From contig CAYLYQ010000008.1 in assembly GCA_964388105.1 (NCBI GenBank), positions 1 to 56,728 of the forward strand: DNA of 56,728 bases, written 5' to 3'. Below are positions 28,023-35,543 of this stretch, piece by piece. The notes below the pieces were generated by a model that saw nothing but the letters and a program-made list of their open reading frames with translations, was not told where the DNA came from and searched no databases. The DNA comes from an uncultured Acidimicrobiaceae bacterium (GTDB lineage Bacteria > Actinomycetota > Acidimicrobiia > Spongiisociales > ZC4RG35). Each line of letters starts with the position of its first letter. Position 1 is the stretch's first letter. A program made the translations under genes and the position numbers.

Positions 28023-29054
28023 CTACCGCCAGCGAAGCTTATCGTCGAGTGCCCCTGATGCCAATAGGTGATTGAGCCATCTGAGGCGGACGAACTTCTT
28101 GCCTTCCATCTCGCTCCCGGCGAGTGCGATGGCCTTGAAGTCCGCGGCGAGCTGCTTGGCGCCCTCGGTTGGGCTCCACTTCCAGTGAAAATCGGGGAAG
28201 GTCCTTGCGAACTTGGAGAAGTCGGCCCGATACGTGCGCTGATCCGCGCTGGCTTCCGATCGGACCTCTACCTCAGCCCCCTCGACGACTCCGGCGGCGA
28301 TGTGGGCCAGGTCGATCACGCGGAGGTTGAACTCGTCGGCCCCGTTGTTGAAGGCCTCGTTGCTGATCAATTCGATCGGGGCTTCGAGCACGTGGTGGAA
28401 GCTCCTGGCCACGTCCTCCACGTGGACAACCGGGCGCCACGGGCTCCCGTCGCTGAGCACCACGACCTTGCCGGTGGTGACGGCCTGGGCGACGAGGTTG
28501 TTCAAGACCGTGTCGAGCCGCATCCGGGGTGACAGCCCGTAGACGGTCCCATTCCTGAGGTAGGTGGGATGGAACGAGGAATCGGCGAGAGCCCGCAACG
28601 CCTCTTCTCCGGTGACCTTGGAGCGGGCATATGCCGTCTCGGGCGCGAGCGGCGCAGTCTCATCGACGGTCTCGAGCGAGCTCATCCCGTACATGATGCA
28701 AGAGGACGAGAAGAGGAACCTCCGCACGGAGGCCGCCTTCGCCATACTGGCCAGCCTGACGGTCGCCTTGTGATTGATGTCCTCGGTCCAGTCCTCGTCG
28801 AGGTTGCCGATCGGGTCATTGGAGAGGGCGGCAAGATGGATGACCGCGTAGAGGTCGGAGAGGTCGCTCCTCTCGACGTCGCGAATGTCCTTGGCCAACT
28901 CCTCGACGGCCAGGTCATCCTCCACCGCAGTGCATTCGTTGAAGTACCCGGTGTCGAGACCCACGATCTGGTATCCCTGGCCGGCGAGGTAGGGCGTCAT
29001 CACCGAGCCGATGTAGCCGCGGTGACCGGTGATGAGCACGGGTCTTGCACTCAT
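28023..29054 (-). CDS. extended-SDR NAD-dependent epimerase/reductase (GalE-like, not a 4,6-dehydratase)
   Basis: Glycine motif ITGHRGYIGS. Catalytic SSSCIMYG and YARSK. No acidic residue at the dehydratase Glu position. Confidence 0.75.
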   Translation of the reverse strand: MSARPVLITGHRGYIGSVMTPYLAGQGYQIVGLDTGYFNECTAVEDDLAVEELAKDIRDVERSDLSDLYAVIHLAALSNDPIGNLDEDWTEDINHKATVRLASMAKAASVRRFLFSSSCIMYGMSSLETVDETAPLAPETAYARSKVTGEEALRALADSSFHPTYLRNGTVYGLSPRMRLDTVLNNLVAQAVTTGKVVVLSDGSPWRPVVHVEDVARSFHHVLEAPIELISNEAFNNGADEFNLRVIDLAHIAAGVVEGAEVEVRSEASADQRTYRADFSKFARTFPDFHWKWSPTEGAKQLAADFKAIALAGSEMEGKKFVRLRWLNHLLASGALDDKLRWR

Positions 29055-30269
29055 CTAAAGCGCCTCGTCCTTGAGCTCGCCATCGAGGAGGAGCTCGACG
29101 GCGTCTATGAGCGGAAACTGCTCGGTCACCAGCGCCCCGCGGCCGTCGATCGCGCGGGCGGCCTCGAGGTCCCTGGTGTCGTCCCCGATGAAGAAGGTGC
29201 GGGTGAGATCGAGGTCGAAATCCCTCTGAGCCTCCGCCAGGAGCCCTGGTCGGGGCTTGCGACAGAAGCATCCTTCATCCCAGTCATGGCGGCAGGCGTA
29301 GAAACCGTCGATCCTCCCGCCCGCCTGGGCTGCGGTGTACATCATGTAACCGGTTACCTCGTCGAGGTCGAGATCGGTCATTTTACCCCTCGCCACCCCG
29401 GCCTGATTCGAGACCACGATCGTGCGCCATCCCGCTCGGTTCAGTCGCTCCAGGGCCTCGAGCGACCCCGGGATCCATCGAAAATCCCTGGCGCTGGTCA
29501 CATACTCGGCCCGGGGAGGCCGCTCGTTGAGCACCCCGTCACGGTCGAGGATCACCGTGGGCACCCTGGCGAAGAACCGATGGGTCAGGGGCAGCCGCCG
29601 CAAGTTCCCGACGCTGTAGTAGCGATGCTCGGACCAATAGGCGGCGAGCTCGCGATCTTCGGCAAGAGGTTGGTACACGGCCACTTCGAACAGGTCTTCG
29701 GGTCGCTCCTCGAGTAGAGGCATCGCGGTGGCTTTGTCGATGATGGCGTAGGAGATCTCGACCCCGCTCAGGCCCTCCGTCTGCCGGGCACGATCGAAGA
29801 CGGTCACCAGGTCGTCCTCCACCTTCACCGACGACGTCGTGTACCCGTCGCGATTCGCATACACGACGACCTGGCAAGGCTTGCCAAGAGTGAGGTACTG
29901 GTCCCACATCCGTTCGAAGGACATCGGCCAGTAGTTGTCGCAATAGAGGAGGAGGAACTTGTCATCGAGGAGGTCGGCGGCATCGATGACGCGGTGCGCG
30001 GTGAGCGCCTCCGCCGGCGTCACCCGGTATGTGATGGAGGCCCCGAACCTCGAACCGTCGCCCAACTCAGAGATGAAGGCGTCAGGCTGCCATCCCAGCA
30101 GGAGCAGCACTTCGGTGAATCCCTGATCCACGAGCATCTCGATCACATAGGCGATGAAGGTCCGGTCGTGAAAGGGGATCAGGGCCTTGGGCACGTCATC
30201 GCTCAAGGGGCGAAGGCGCGTGCCCATGCCACCGGCCAGGATGACGGCCTGGGTTGGTCTCGAACTCAC
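29055..30269 (-). CDS. bifunctional heptose-1-phosphate nucleotidyltransferase (HddC-like) / heptose 1,7-bisphosphate phosphatase (GmhB-like)
   Basis: GTG 30269 overlaps the gmhA stop (GTGA). N-terminal ILAGGMGTRLRPLS. C-terminal HAD motifs DRDGVLN, SNQ, GDD, and the GmhB zinc motif CRH...CFCRKP. Confidence 0.8.
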   Translation of the reverse strand: MSSRPTQAVILAGGMGTRLRPLSDDVPKALIPFHDRTFIAYVIEMLVDQGFTEVLLLLGWQPDAFISELGDGSRFGASITYRVTPAEALTAHRVIDAADLLDDKFLLLYCDNYWPMSFERMWDQYLTLGKPCQVVVYANRDGYTTSSVKVEDDLVTVFDRARQTEGLSGVEISYAIIDKATAMPLLEERPEDLFEVAVYQPLAEDRELAAYWSEHRYYSVGNLRRLPLTHRFFARVPTVILDRDGVLNERPPRAEYVTSARDFRWIPGSLEALERLNRAGWRTIVVSNQAGVARGKMTDLDLDEVTGYMMYTAAQAGGRIDGFYACRHDWDEGCFCRKPRPGLLAEAQRDFDLDLTRTFFIGDDTRDLEAARAIDGRGALVTEQFPLIDAVELLLDGELKDEAL

Positions 30270-30862
30270 GTGGTGGATCGGTCCTCGATCAAGCAGGTGG
30301 TGATGATGTCGGTCAGGACCGAATGAGCGCTCTCGACAGGGCCGTAGAGCCCCGACGGGCTCTCCACGAAGACCTTGATGTCGACCTGTTCCTTGAGGGC
30401 GCCTCCGTCGAAGCCGAGGAGTGCGAGTGTGGTGACGCCGTTGGCCGTCGCCCATTTGGCGGCATTGACCAGGTTCGGGCTCGAACCGCTACAGGAGATG
30501 AGCACGAGGAGGTCTCCGGGCTCGGCGAGGTTCTCCAACTGGCCACTGAACACCCTTTCGTACCCCTCGTCATTGGCGAGGGCGGTCAGCCAGGAGACGT
30601 TGTCGGAGAGGCAGACGACCTTCAGTGGCGGCGTCCCGTTGGTCTTGGTGGCCTTGCCGAGGTCGTTCACGAAATGCGTGGCGGTGGCGGCAGAACCGCC
30701 GTTCCCGGCGACGAAGATGCGCCTACCCTCGTCGCGGGCGGTGCGGAGCGCATTCGTCGCGGAGAGGATCTCGTCGACCGCGACACCGTCGAGAAGCTCG
30801 CGCAGCGTCGTCAAATAGCGATGTGTGACGTCAGCGACGTCTGCAATAGATACGGTAGACAC
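30266..30862 (-). CDS. gmhA: SIS-domain sedoheptulose-7-phosphate isomerase
   Basis: GmhA signature FVAGNGGSAATATHF plus LISCSGSSPN. Confidence 0.85.
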   Translation of the reverse strand: MSTVSIADVADVTHRYLTTLRELLDGVAVDEILSATNALRTARDEGRRIFVAGNGGSAATATHFVNDLGKATKTNGTPPLKVVCLSDNVSWLTALANDEGYERVFSGQLENLAEPGDLLVLISCSGSSPNLVNAAKWATANGVTTLALLGFDGGALKEQVDIKVFVESPSGLYGPVESAHSVLTDIITTCLIEDRSTT

Positions 30863-31077
30863 CCGTCACCCCCGACTCCCCACTATCCGTCTGAGGCGAG
30901 ATGCTACCACGGGCCTCCTCTTCGTCGACAAGGGGAGGATCGACGCTCGCCGCTCTTCGCCCCGAATGACCGTGCCTAAGGTACCGCTGTTGTGAAATCG
31001 GATCGGACCCCCCGTAGCACCTCGCTCGATCCGACTCCCAGCCGTCCGGCAGCGCACCTCGCACTGCGAGGAGACAC
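30863..31077. promoter_or_regulatory. divergent promoter region between gmhA operon and GMC oxidoreductase
   Basis: A 215-bp non-coding gap between divergent starts. Hairpin CCTCGC-ACT-GCGAGG (31057-31071) overlaps the GAGGAG Shine-Dalgarno of the GMC gene. Confidence 0.35.
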
Positions 31078-32676
31078 GTGCTGACGGACGCCCGTTCCCT
31101 CCAGGCCGGGGCCGTTGTCGAGTCCGAGATTTGCGTCGTCGGTGCCGGGCCGGCCGGAATCGCGCTGAGCAACGAGCTCGATGCCGCAGGCAAGACGGTC
31201 ACACTCGTGGAGGCCGGCGGGCTGGGGCGTCGCGACTCCCCAAGAGAGCTGGCGGTAGGTGAGAGCGTCGGCGAGAGCTACTTCCCGTTGCACAAGACCT
31301 TCGTGCACGGCTTCGGCGGCACCTCGAATCACTGGTTCGAAGGGGAGGGTTTCCGCACCCGACCCCTCGACCCGATCGACTTCCAACGACGTGCTGCGGT
31401 TCCTCACTCGGGATGGCCGTTCGGCCACGAAGAACTCGAGCCGTACTACGCCCGCGCCCAGCGATTCCTCGGCGTCGGGGAACATCCTTACGAGGTCTCA
31501 GGCTGGGAGGAGCTTGACGGGGCAATGCTGGACCTCGATCCCGCGATCCTCCAGTCCGTCGCGTTCTTGGTGATCCCGGGCACCGGGGTGGCGCACTACC
31601 TGGCCCAGGTCGAAGCTTCCCAGAGCTTGCGCCTGGTCTACAACGCCCACGCCGCGAGGCTGGACACGACCGATGGCGGCGATCGCGTCACCGAATTGGT
31701 GGCGCGGGTCCCCGGAGGGAGCGAGGTCAGGGTTCGCGCCGGGAAGTACGTCCTGGCATGTGGCGGGTTCGGGAACGCGAAGCTGCTCCTGTTGAGCACG
31801 GGACATGACCCTGCCGGCCTCGGCAATGGGTCGGACGTCGTAGGGCGCTACTTCATGGAGCACATCGGGCTGAGGGGCGGCAGGGTCGAGCCCACTTCGG
31901 CCAGTCCCCTGAAGAACCCCACGAGCCCCTATTTCGCGGTTCACGGGCAGCCCCTTTCCGTGCACACACTGCTCAGCCTCGCCCCCGAGGTCCTGGAGTC
32001 GGAAGGGCTTCTCAACGGGACGTTCTTCTTCGAGAGGATGCCGATGAGCCGCACGACGCAGGCGGTGCGTTCGTTCGTCGTCCTGCGGCGGGCGATCAAT
32101 TGGCGTCCTCTGCCTCGCGACCTCGGTGCGCATTTCGTGAGAGCCCTCTCCGGGATCCCTTCGATTGTCAACACGGCGGTGTATGAGGCCACCGGGAGGG
32201 GGACAGCCGACGGCATTCAGATGATGGCGATGGCGGAGCAGGCACCCAATCCTGACTCCAGGGTCACCCTGAGCGACAAGGAGAACTCGCTCGGGATCCC
32301 CCGTGTGAGGCTGAATTGGCGGCCCACCAGCCAGGACATTTCGTCGATCCTCAGGAGCGAGGCCATCATCGCCGAAGCGTTGCGAGACGCCGGGATCGCG
32401 CGGGTGCATGACCCGCTGAGCTCCGAGGACGTGAAATGGCATATGTCGGGCCAGTGGCACCACCTGGGAACCACGAGGATGGGCCTGACCCCGGATGAGA
32501 GCGTCGTAGATCCCGACTCCAGGGTTCACGGGATCGACAATCTGTGGGTGACCGGGGGATCCGTGTTCCCCACGGGGGGTTATGCCAATCCGACGCTGAC
32601 CTTGATCGCATTGGCATTGCGCCTCGCCGACAGCCTCAACAGGGGCTCACCGGTGGCGGTCTCAGAAGGTCAGTAG
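31078..32676 (+). CDS. GMC-family FAD-dependent oxidoreductase
   Basis: FAD motif VVGAGPAGIALSNEL...LVEAG. C-terminal GMC region HHLGTTRMG and GGSVFPTGGYANPTLT. GTG start 6 nt after GAGGAG. Confidence 0.8.
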   Translation: MLTDARSLQAGAVVESEICVVGAGPAGIALSNELDAAGKTVTLVEAGGLGRRDSPRELAVGESVGESYFPLHKTFVHGFGGTSNHWFEGEGFRTRPLDPIDFQRRAAVPHSGWPFGHEELEPYYARAQRFLGVGEHPYEVSGWEELDGAMLDLDPAILQSVAFLVIPGTGVAHYLAQVEASQSLRLVYNAHAARLDTTDGGDRVTELVARVPGGSEVRVRAGKYVLACGGFGNAKLLLLSTGHDPAGLGNGSDVVGRYFMEHIGLRGGRVEPTSASPLKNPTSPYFAVHGQPLSVHTLLSLAPEVLESEGLLNGTFFFERMPMSRTTQAVRSFVVLRRAINWRPLPRDLGAHFVRALSGIPSIVNTAVYEATGRGTADGIQMMAMAEQAPNPDSRVTLSDKENSLGIPRVRLNWRPTSQDISSILRSEAIIAEALRDAGIARVHDPLSSEDVKWHMSGQWHHLGTTRMGLTPDESVVDPDSRVHGIDNLWVTGGSVFPTGGYANPTLTLIALALRLADSLNRGSPVAVSEGQ

Positions 32677-34944
32677 ACGGAGCACCGCCCGCACCGGAAG
32701 CCAACGCAGCGACCATCCTGCGTTCCGGACGTTCTCGTCCCCGAAGAGCCCCATCACCCGTTTGGCGCCGCGGCGGTCGAGCTCTCGAAGTCTCCGCCAA
32801 GCTCCCGCCAGGACGAACTGGTGGAAGAGCGCTGCTTTGCGCCGGCGCAACTCGGAGTCGGTCAGGAGACCGGTGCGCGAGGCGCGCTCGAATATCACTT
32901 CGAGTCGCGAGATCGTCTCGGCCCGAAACATGCCTTCGGTGAGGGCTCCGGAGTGGATCGTGTAATTGGCCGAGATCTGAGGCAGGCACAGCACGCCGTA
33001 ACTTGCGAATAGACGGACCCACATGTCCAGATCCGTGGGGTTCTTCAGGTCCGCGTCGAACTGGCCCACCGCCTCGTAGGCGGCTCGCCGGGCGACCAAT
33101 CCGGGGAAGCGGACCCAGGAGGAATCCGTGAGAACGCGGCGCAGAGCCTCGACAGGGTCGAGCCTGGTCGGCCGAAGGAATCGCTGTGTCTTCTTCGTCT
33201 TCCCCGACCCGTCGACCACCCTGACCCCGAAGAGCAGGACCATGTCGTCCGGATGAGTGTCGTAGATCCCCTGCAAGATCGGTAACGCGCCCTCGGCCAG
33301 GGAGTCGTCGTCGTGGAGGATCAGGAGCCAAGTCCCCCTTCCCAGCTCGAGGCAGAGGTTGAAATTCTCCTCGGCGGTGACAGCGGGGTCGTTGTGCACA
33401 TACCTCGTTGGACCGTTCCACCTGGCGAACAACTCGTCGAGTGTGGTCAGGGTCTTGGGTGAGGCGGAGTTGTCGCTGACCACCAGCTCCACTGTCCCGT
33501 CGGGGGGATGGGGTGCGTCGATGACGGAACGCAGGCAGGCCTCGAGGAAGTCAGGCCGCTCGTATGTGGGGATGCAGATGCTCAGGAGGGGTGTCCCTGG
33601 AGGCGCGTCGACTGTGCCGGAGGAATGGCGAACCGGCTCCGGTGGGCGGTCGAGCTCATTGCGTTCACTTGGGCCCGCTTCCTTCGACCCATCCCTGAAG
33701 AGGCGGCGCGCGGAGAGCCCCAACGAGACGCTCCTCGCCAGCCAGCCGGCTCCCCAAGCGATTGGCAATGTGAACGCCTGCCAAACCGGGGCGAAGGCGC
33801 CGGTGAGGATCTCCATGCCGGCACCGGTCGCCTCACTGGCAGCGATGTGCCTCTGTCGCTGGCCACCGAGCAGCTCAGATCTCCAGGGCAGGGCCGTGTT
33901 GTAGAGGATGGTCCCGATGATGGCGATCGCCACCAGCCCGTTGACTGCATAGGCGTTGGGCAGCAGTTCCACCAGCGGGTTGAGCGACCAATTGAATCCG
34001 ACGAGGGGGAGGTAGAGAAGCCCGCCGATCAAGCTGATGATCCAGAATTGCTTCCTCGCCACCCGAGCCTTCTGATGGTCTACCGTCATCCCGGCTTCGA
34101 TCGAGCGAGGACCGATCACCGCGATCAAGCCCAGACCCAGGATCGCGACGGGTCGGGCCACGACTCGCGCTCCCTCCGCGTACCCGAGGATCTCGGCCCC
34201 CACCAAGGCGTTGGCAATCACAGCGACGAGGAAGTCGGCACCAACGAAGCTCAGGTTGGCGACGAGCAGCCAGCGGCCCATCGTCGTGAGCTCCAACCAG
34301 GCGGGGGCCTCCAGGGTCTCACCCGAGCGTCGTCGCAATGGAAACGTCAGAAGCAGGGCAGATACCGAAGACATGAACAGTCCGATGGCCAGCGATCCGA
34401 ATGGGACCCATGCCGGAGTGGCCGTCCTGTGGAGGATGAAGACCCCTATCACGGTGCCGATGACAGCGACTGTCGAGGTGATCGCGGCGCTCCACGACGA
34501 GTTGCTGATGTGGAACATCTTCCGCCAGTGCTCCTGGAGCGGGGCGAGCACCGTTATGGCGGCGCCGGTCAGCGTCAAGGCCCAGATGTCCTCGCTCGGG
34601 ACGTCTCTGACCAGTGCGGCCGAAGCGAGGATGCCCACCGCTCCAAGTATCGAGATCAGCAGGCCTCGCCTGACGCTCGAGTCGAGGATCTGGATCCGGG
34701 AAGGCTCGGGTCGGGCCACAGCCAGGACCTCAGAGGGAGTGAAGACCAGCTCGGAGGGAATGGACCGGGCAAAGTTCCAGGCGGTGAATACGACCACGTA
34801 GGCGCCGAGCAGGGTGGCGTCGAACACTCTCACCGCATACAGGCCAATGATCAGGGTGGCGATCGCCGACAGGGCGGTGTCGATCTGACCCGCCGAGACG
34901 GTCTTGATCGTCTGTGGTCTCATGCCGCCGCGGCGCGCCTGCAC
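32662..34944 (-). CDS. fusion protein: Wzx/MOP-type polysaccharide flippase-like N-terminal domain + family 2 glycosyltransferase C-terminal domain
   Basis: About 440 aa with 12-14 predicted TM helices. Then a linker, then GT2 motifs SICIPTYERPDFLEACLRSV, VSDN and ILHDDD. The start is GTG 34944 or ATG 34923. Confidence 0.7.
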   Translation of the reverse strand: MQARRGGMRPQTIKTVSAGQIDTALSAIATLIIGLYAVRVFDATLLGAYVVVFTAWNFARSIPSELVFTPSEVLAVARPEPSRIQILDSSVRRGLLISILGAVGILASAALVRDVPSEDIWALTLTGAAITVLAPLQEHWRKMFHISNSSWSAAITSTVAVIGTVIGVFILHRTATPAWVPFGSLAIGLFMSSVSALLLTFPLRRRSGETLEAPAWLELTTMGRWLLVANLSFVGADFLVAVIANALVGAEILGYAEGARVVARPVAILGLGLIAVIGPRSIEAGMTVDHQKARVARKQFWIISLIGGLLYLPLVGFNWSLNPLVELLPNAYAVNGLVAIAIIGTILYNTALPWRSELLGGQRQRHIAASEATGAGMEILTGAFAPVWQAFTLPIAWGAGWLARSVSLGLSARRLFRDGSKEAGPSERNELDRPPEPVRHSSGTVDAPPGTPLLSICIPTYERPDFLEACLRSVIDAPHPPDGTVELVVSDNSASPKTLTTLDELFARWNGPTRYVHNDPAVTAEENFNLCLELGRGTWLLILHDDDSLAEGALPILQGIYDTHPDDMVLLFGVRVVDGSGKTKKTQRFLRPTRLDPVEALRRVLTDSSWVRFPGLVARRAAYEAVGQFDADLKNPTDLDMWVRLFASYGVLCLPQISANYTIHSGALTEGMFRAETISRLEVIFERASRTGLLTDSELRRRKAALFHQFVLAGAWRRLRELDRRGAKRVMGLFGDENVRNAGWSLRWLPVRAVLRLLTF

Positions 34945-35153
34945 TTTCCTGCTGGTCGTGACTGACTACCCGCCCGCACCGATTCCGTTCTCTCCTCCAT
35001 GTTTCGCATCGCAGTTAACCCGATGGAAGTCAATACGTCGCATGATCGACGGTGGGGGCACACCCGGTGGGATCTAGCGGACCCGGATTGGCTGCATGCG
35101 ACCCAGGTCAGGTGTCACTGATGCCGGGGATCCGGAGCTGCTGCGCCTTGGTT

Positions 35154-35516
35154 TCAGGGGGTGTCGACGCTGGCACTCTGCGGGCTCTCCGGGGTCGTGG
35201 GCGACTCCGGAGTCGTGGGCGACTCGGGGGTGTCCGGCGTGTTCGGCGTCACCGCACTTGCGGTTGCCGTTCTGAGCGAGTCGAACGGCGAGTCGTGAGT
35301 TGGGTCCAGGGGCCCGAACGAGACTCCTGGGATGCCGGGGGCGGTGGTCGTGGTCACCTGCGTGATCTCGGTGCGATCGCTGAGGTTGATGGAATCGGGA
35401 TTCGATCCGTTACTGCCTGGCTGGGCTATCGCCAGTCCGGTGATCCCGATGGCGGAGACCGCGGTCACCGCCGTGACGACCTTCCAGTTCCTCTTGACTT
35501 GGTCCTTGAGCTGCAT
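35154..35516 (-). CDS. secreted/anchored acidic protein with TPESPT repeats (paralog 1)
   Basis: 120 aa. N-terminal hydrophobic signal WKVVTAVTAVSAIGITGLAIA. Conserved blocks DSINLSDRTEITQVTT and DSPFDSL. Repeat tail. Clear paralogy with the next gene. Confidence 0.7.
   Translation of the reverse strand: MQLKDQVKRNWKVVTAVTAVSAIGITGLAIAQPGSNGSNPDSINLSDRTEITQVTTTTAPGIPGVSFGPLDPTHDSPFDSLRTATASAVTPNTPDTPESPTTPESPTTPESPQSASVDTP
35178..35249 (-). repeat. in-frame 18-nt tandem repeats encoding TP(D/E)SPT units
   Basis: The unit gactccgg(a/g)gtcgtgggc recurs about 3-4 times and encodes TPNTPDTPESPTTPESPTTPESPQ. Confidence 0.8.
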
Positions 35517-35543
35517 CGTCCGCTCCTACTGGGCTCTCGTCGT

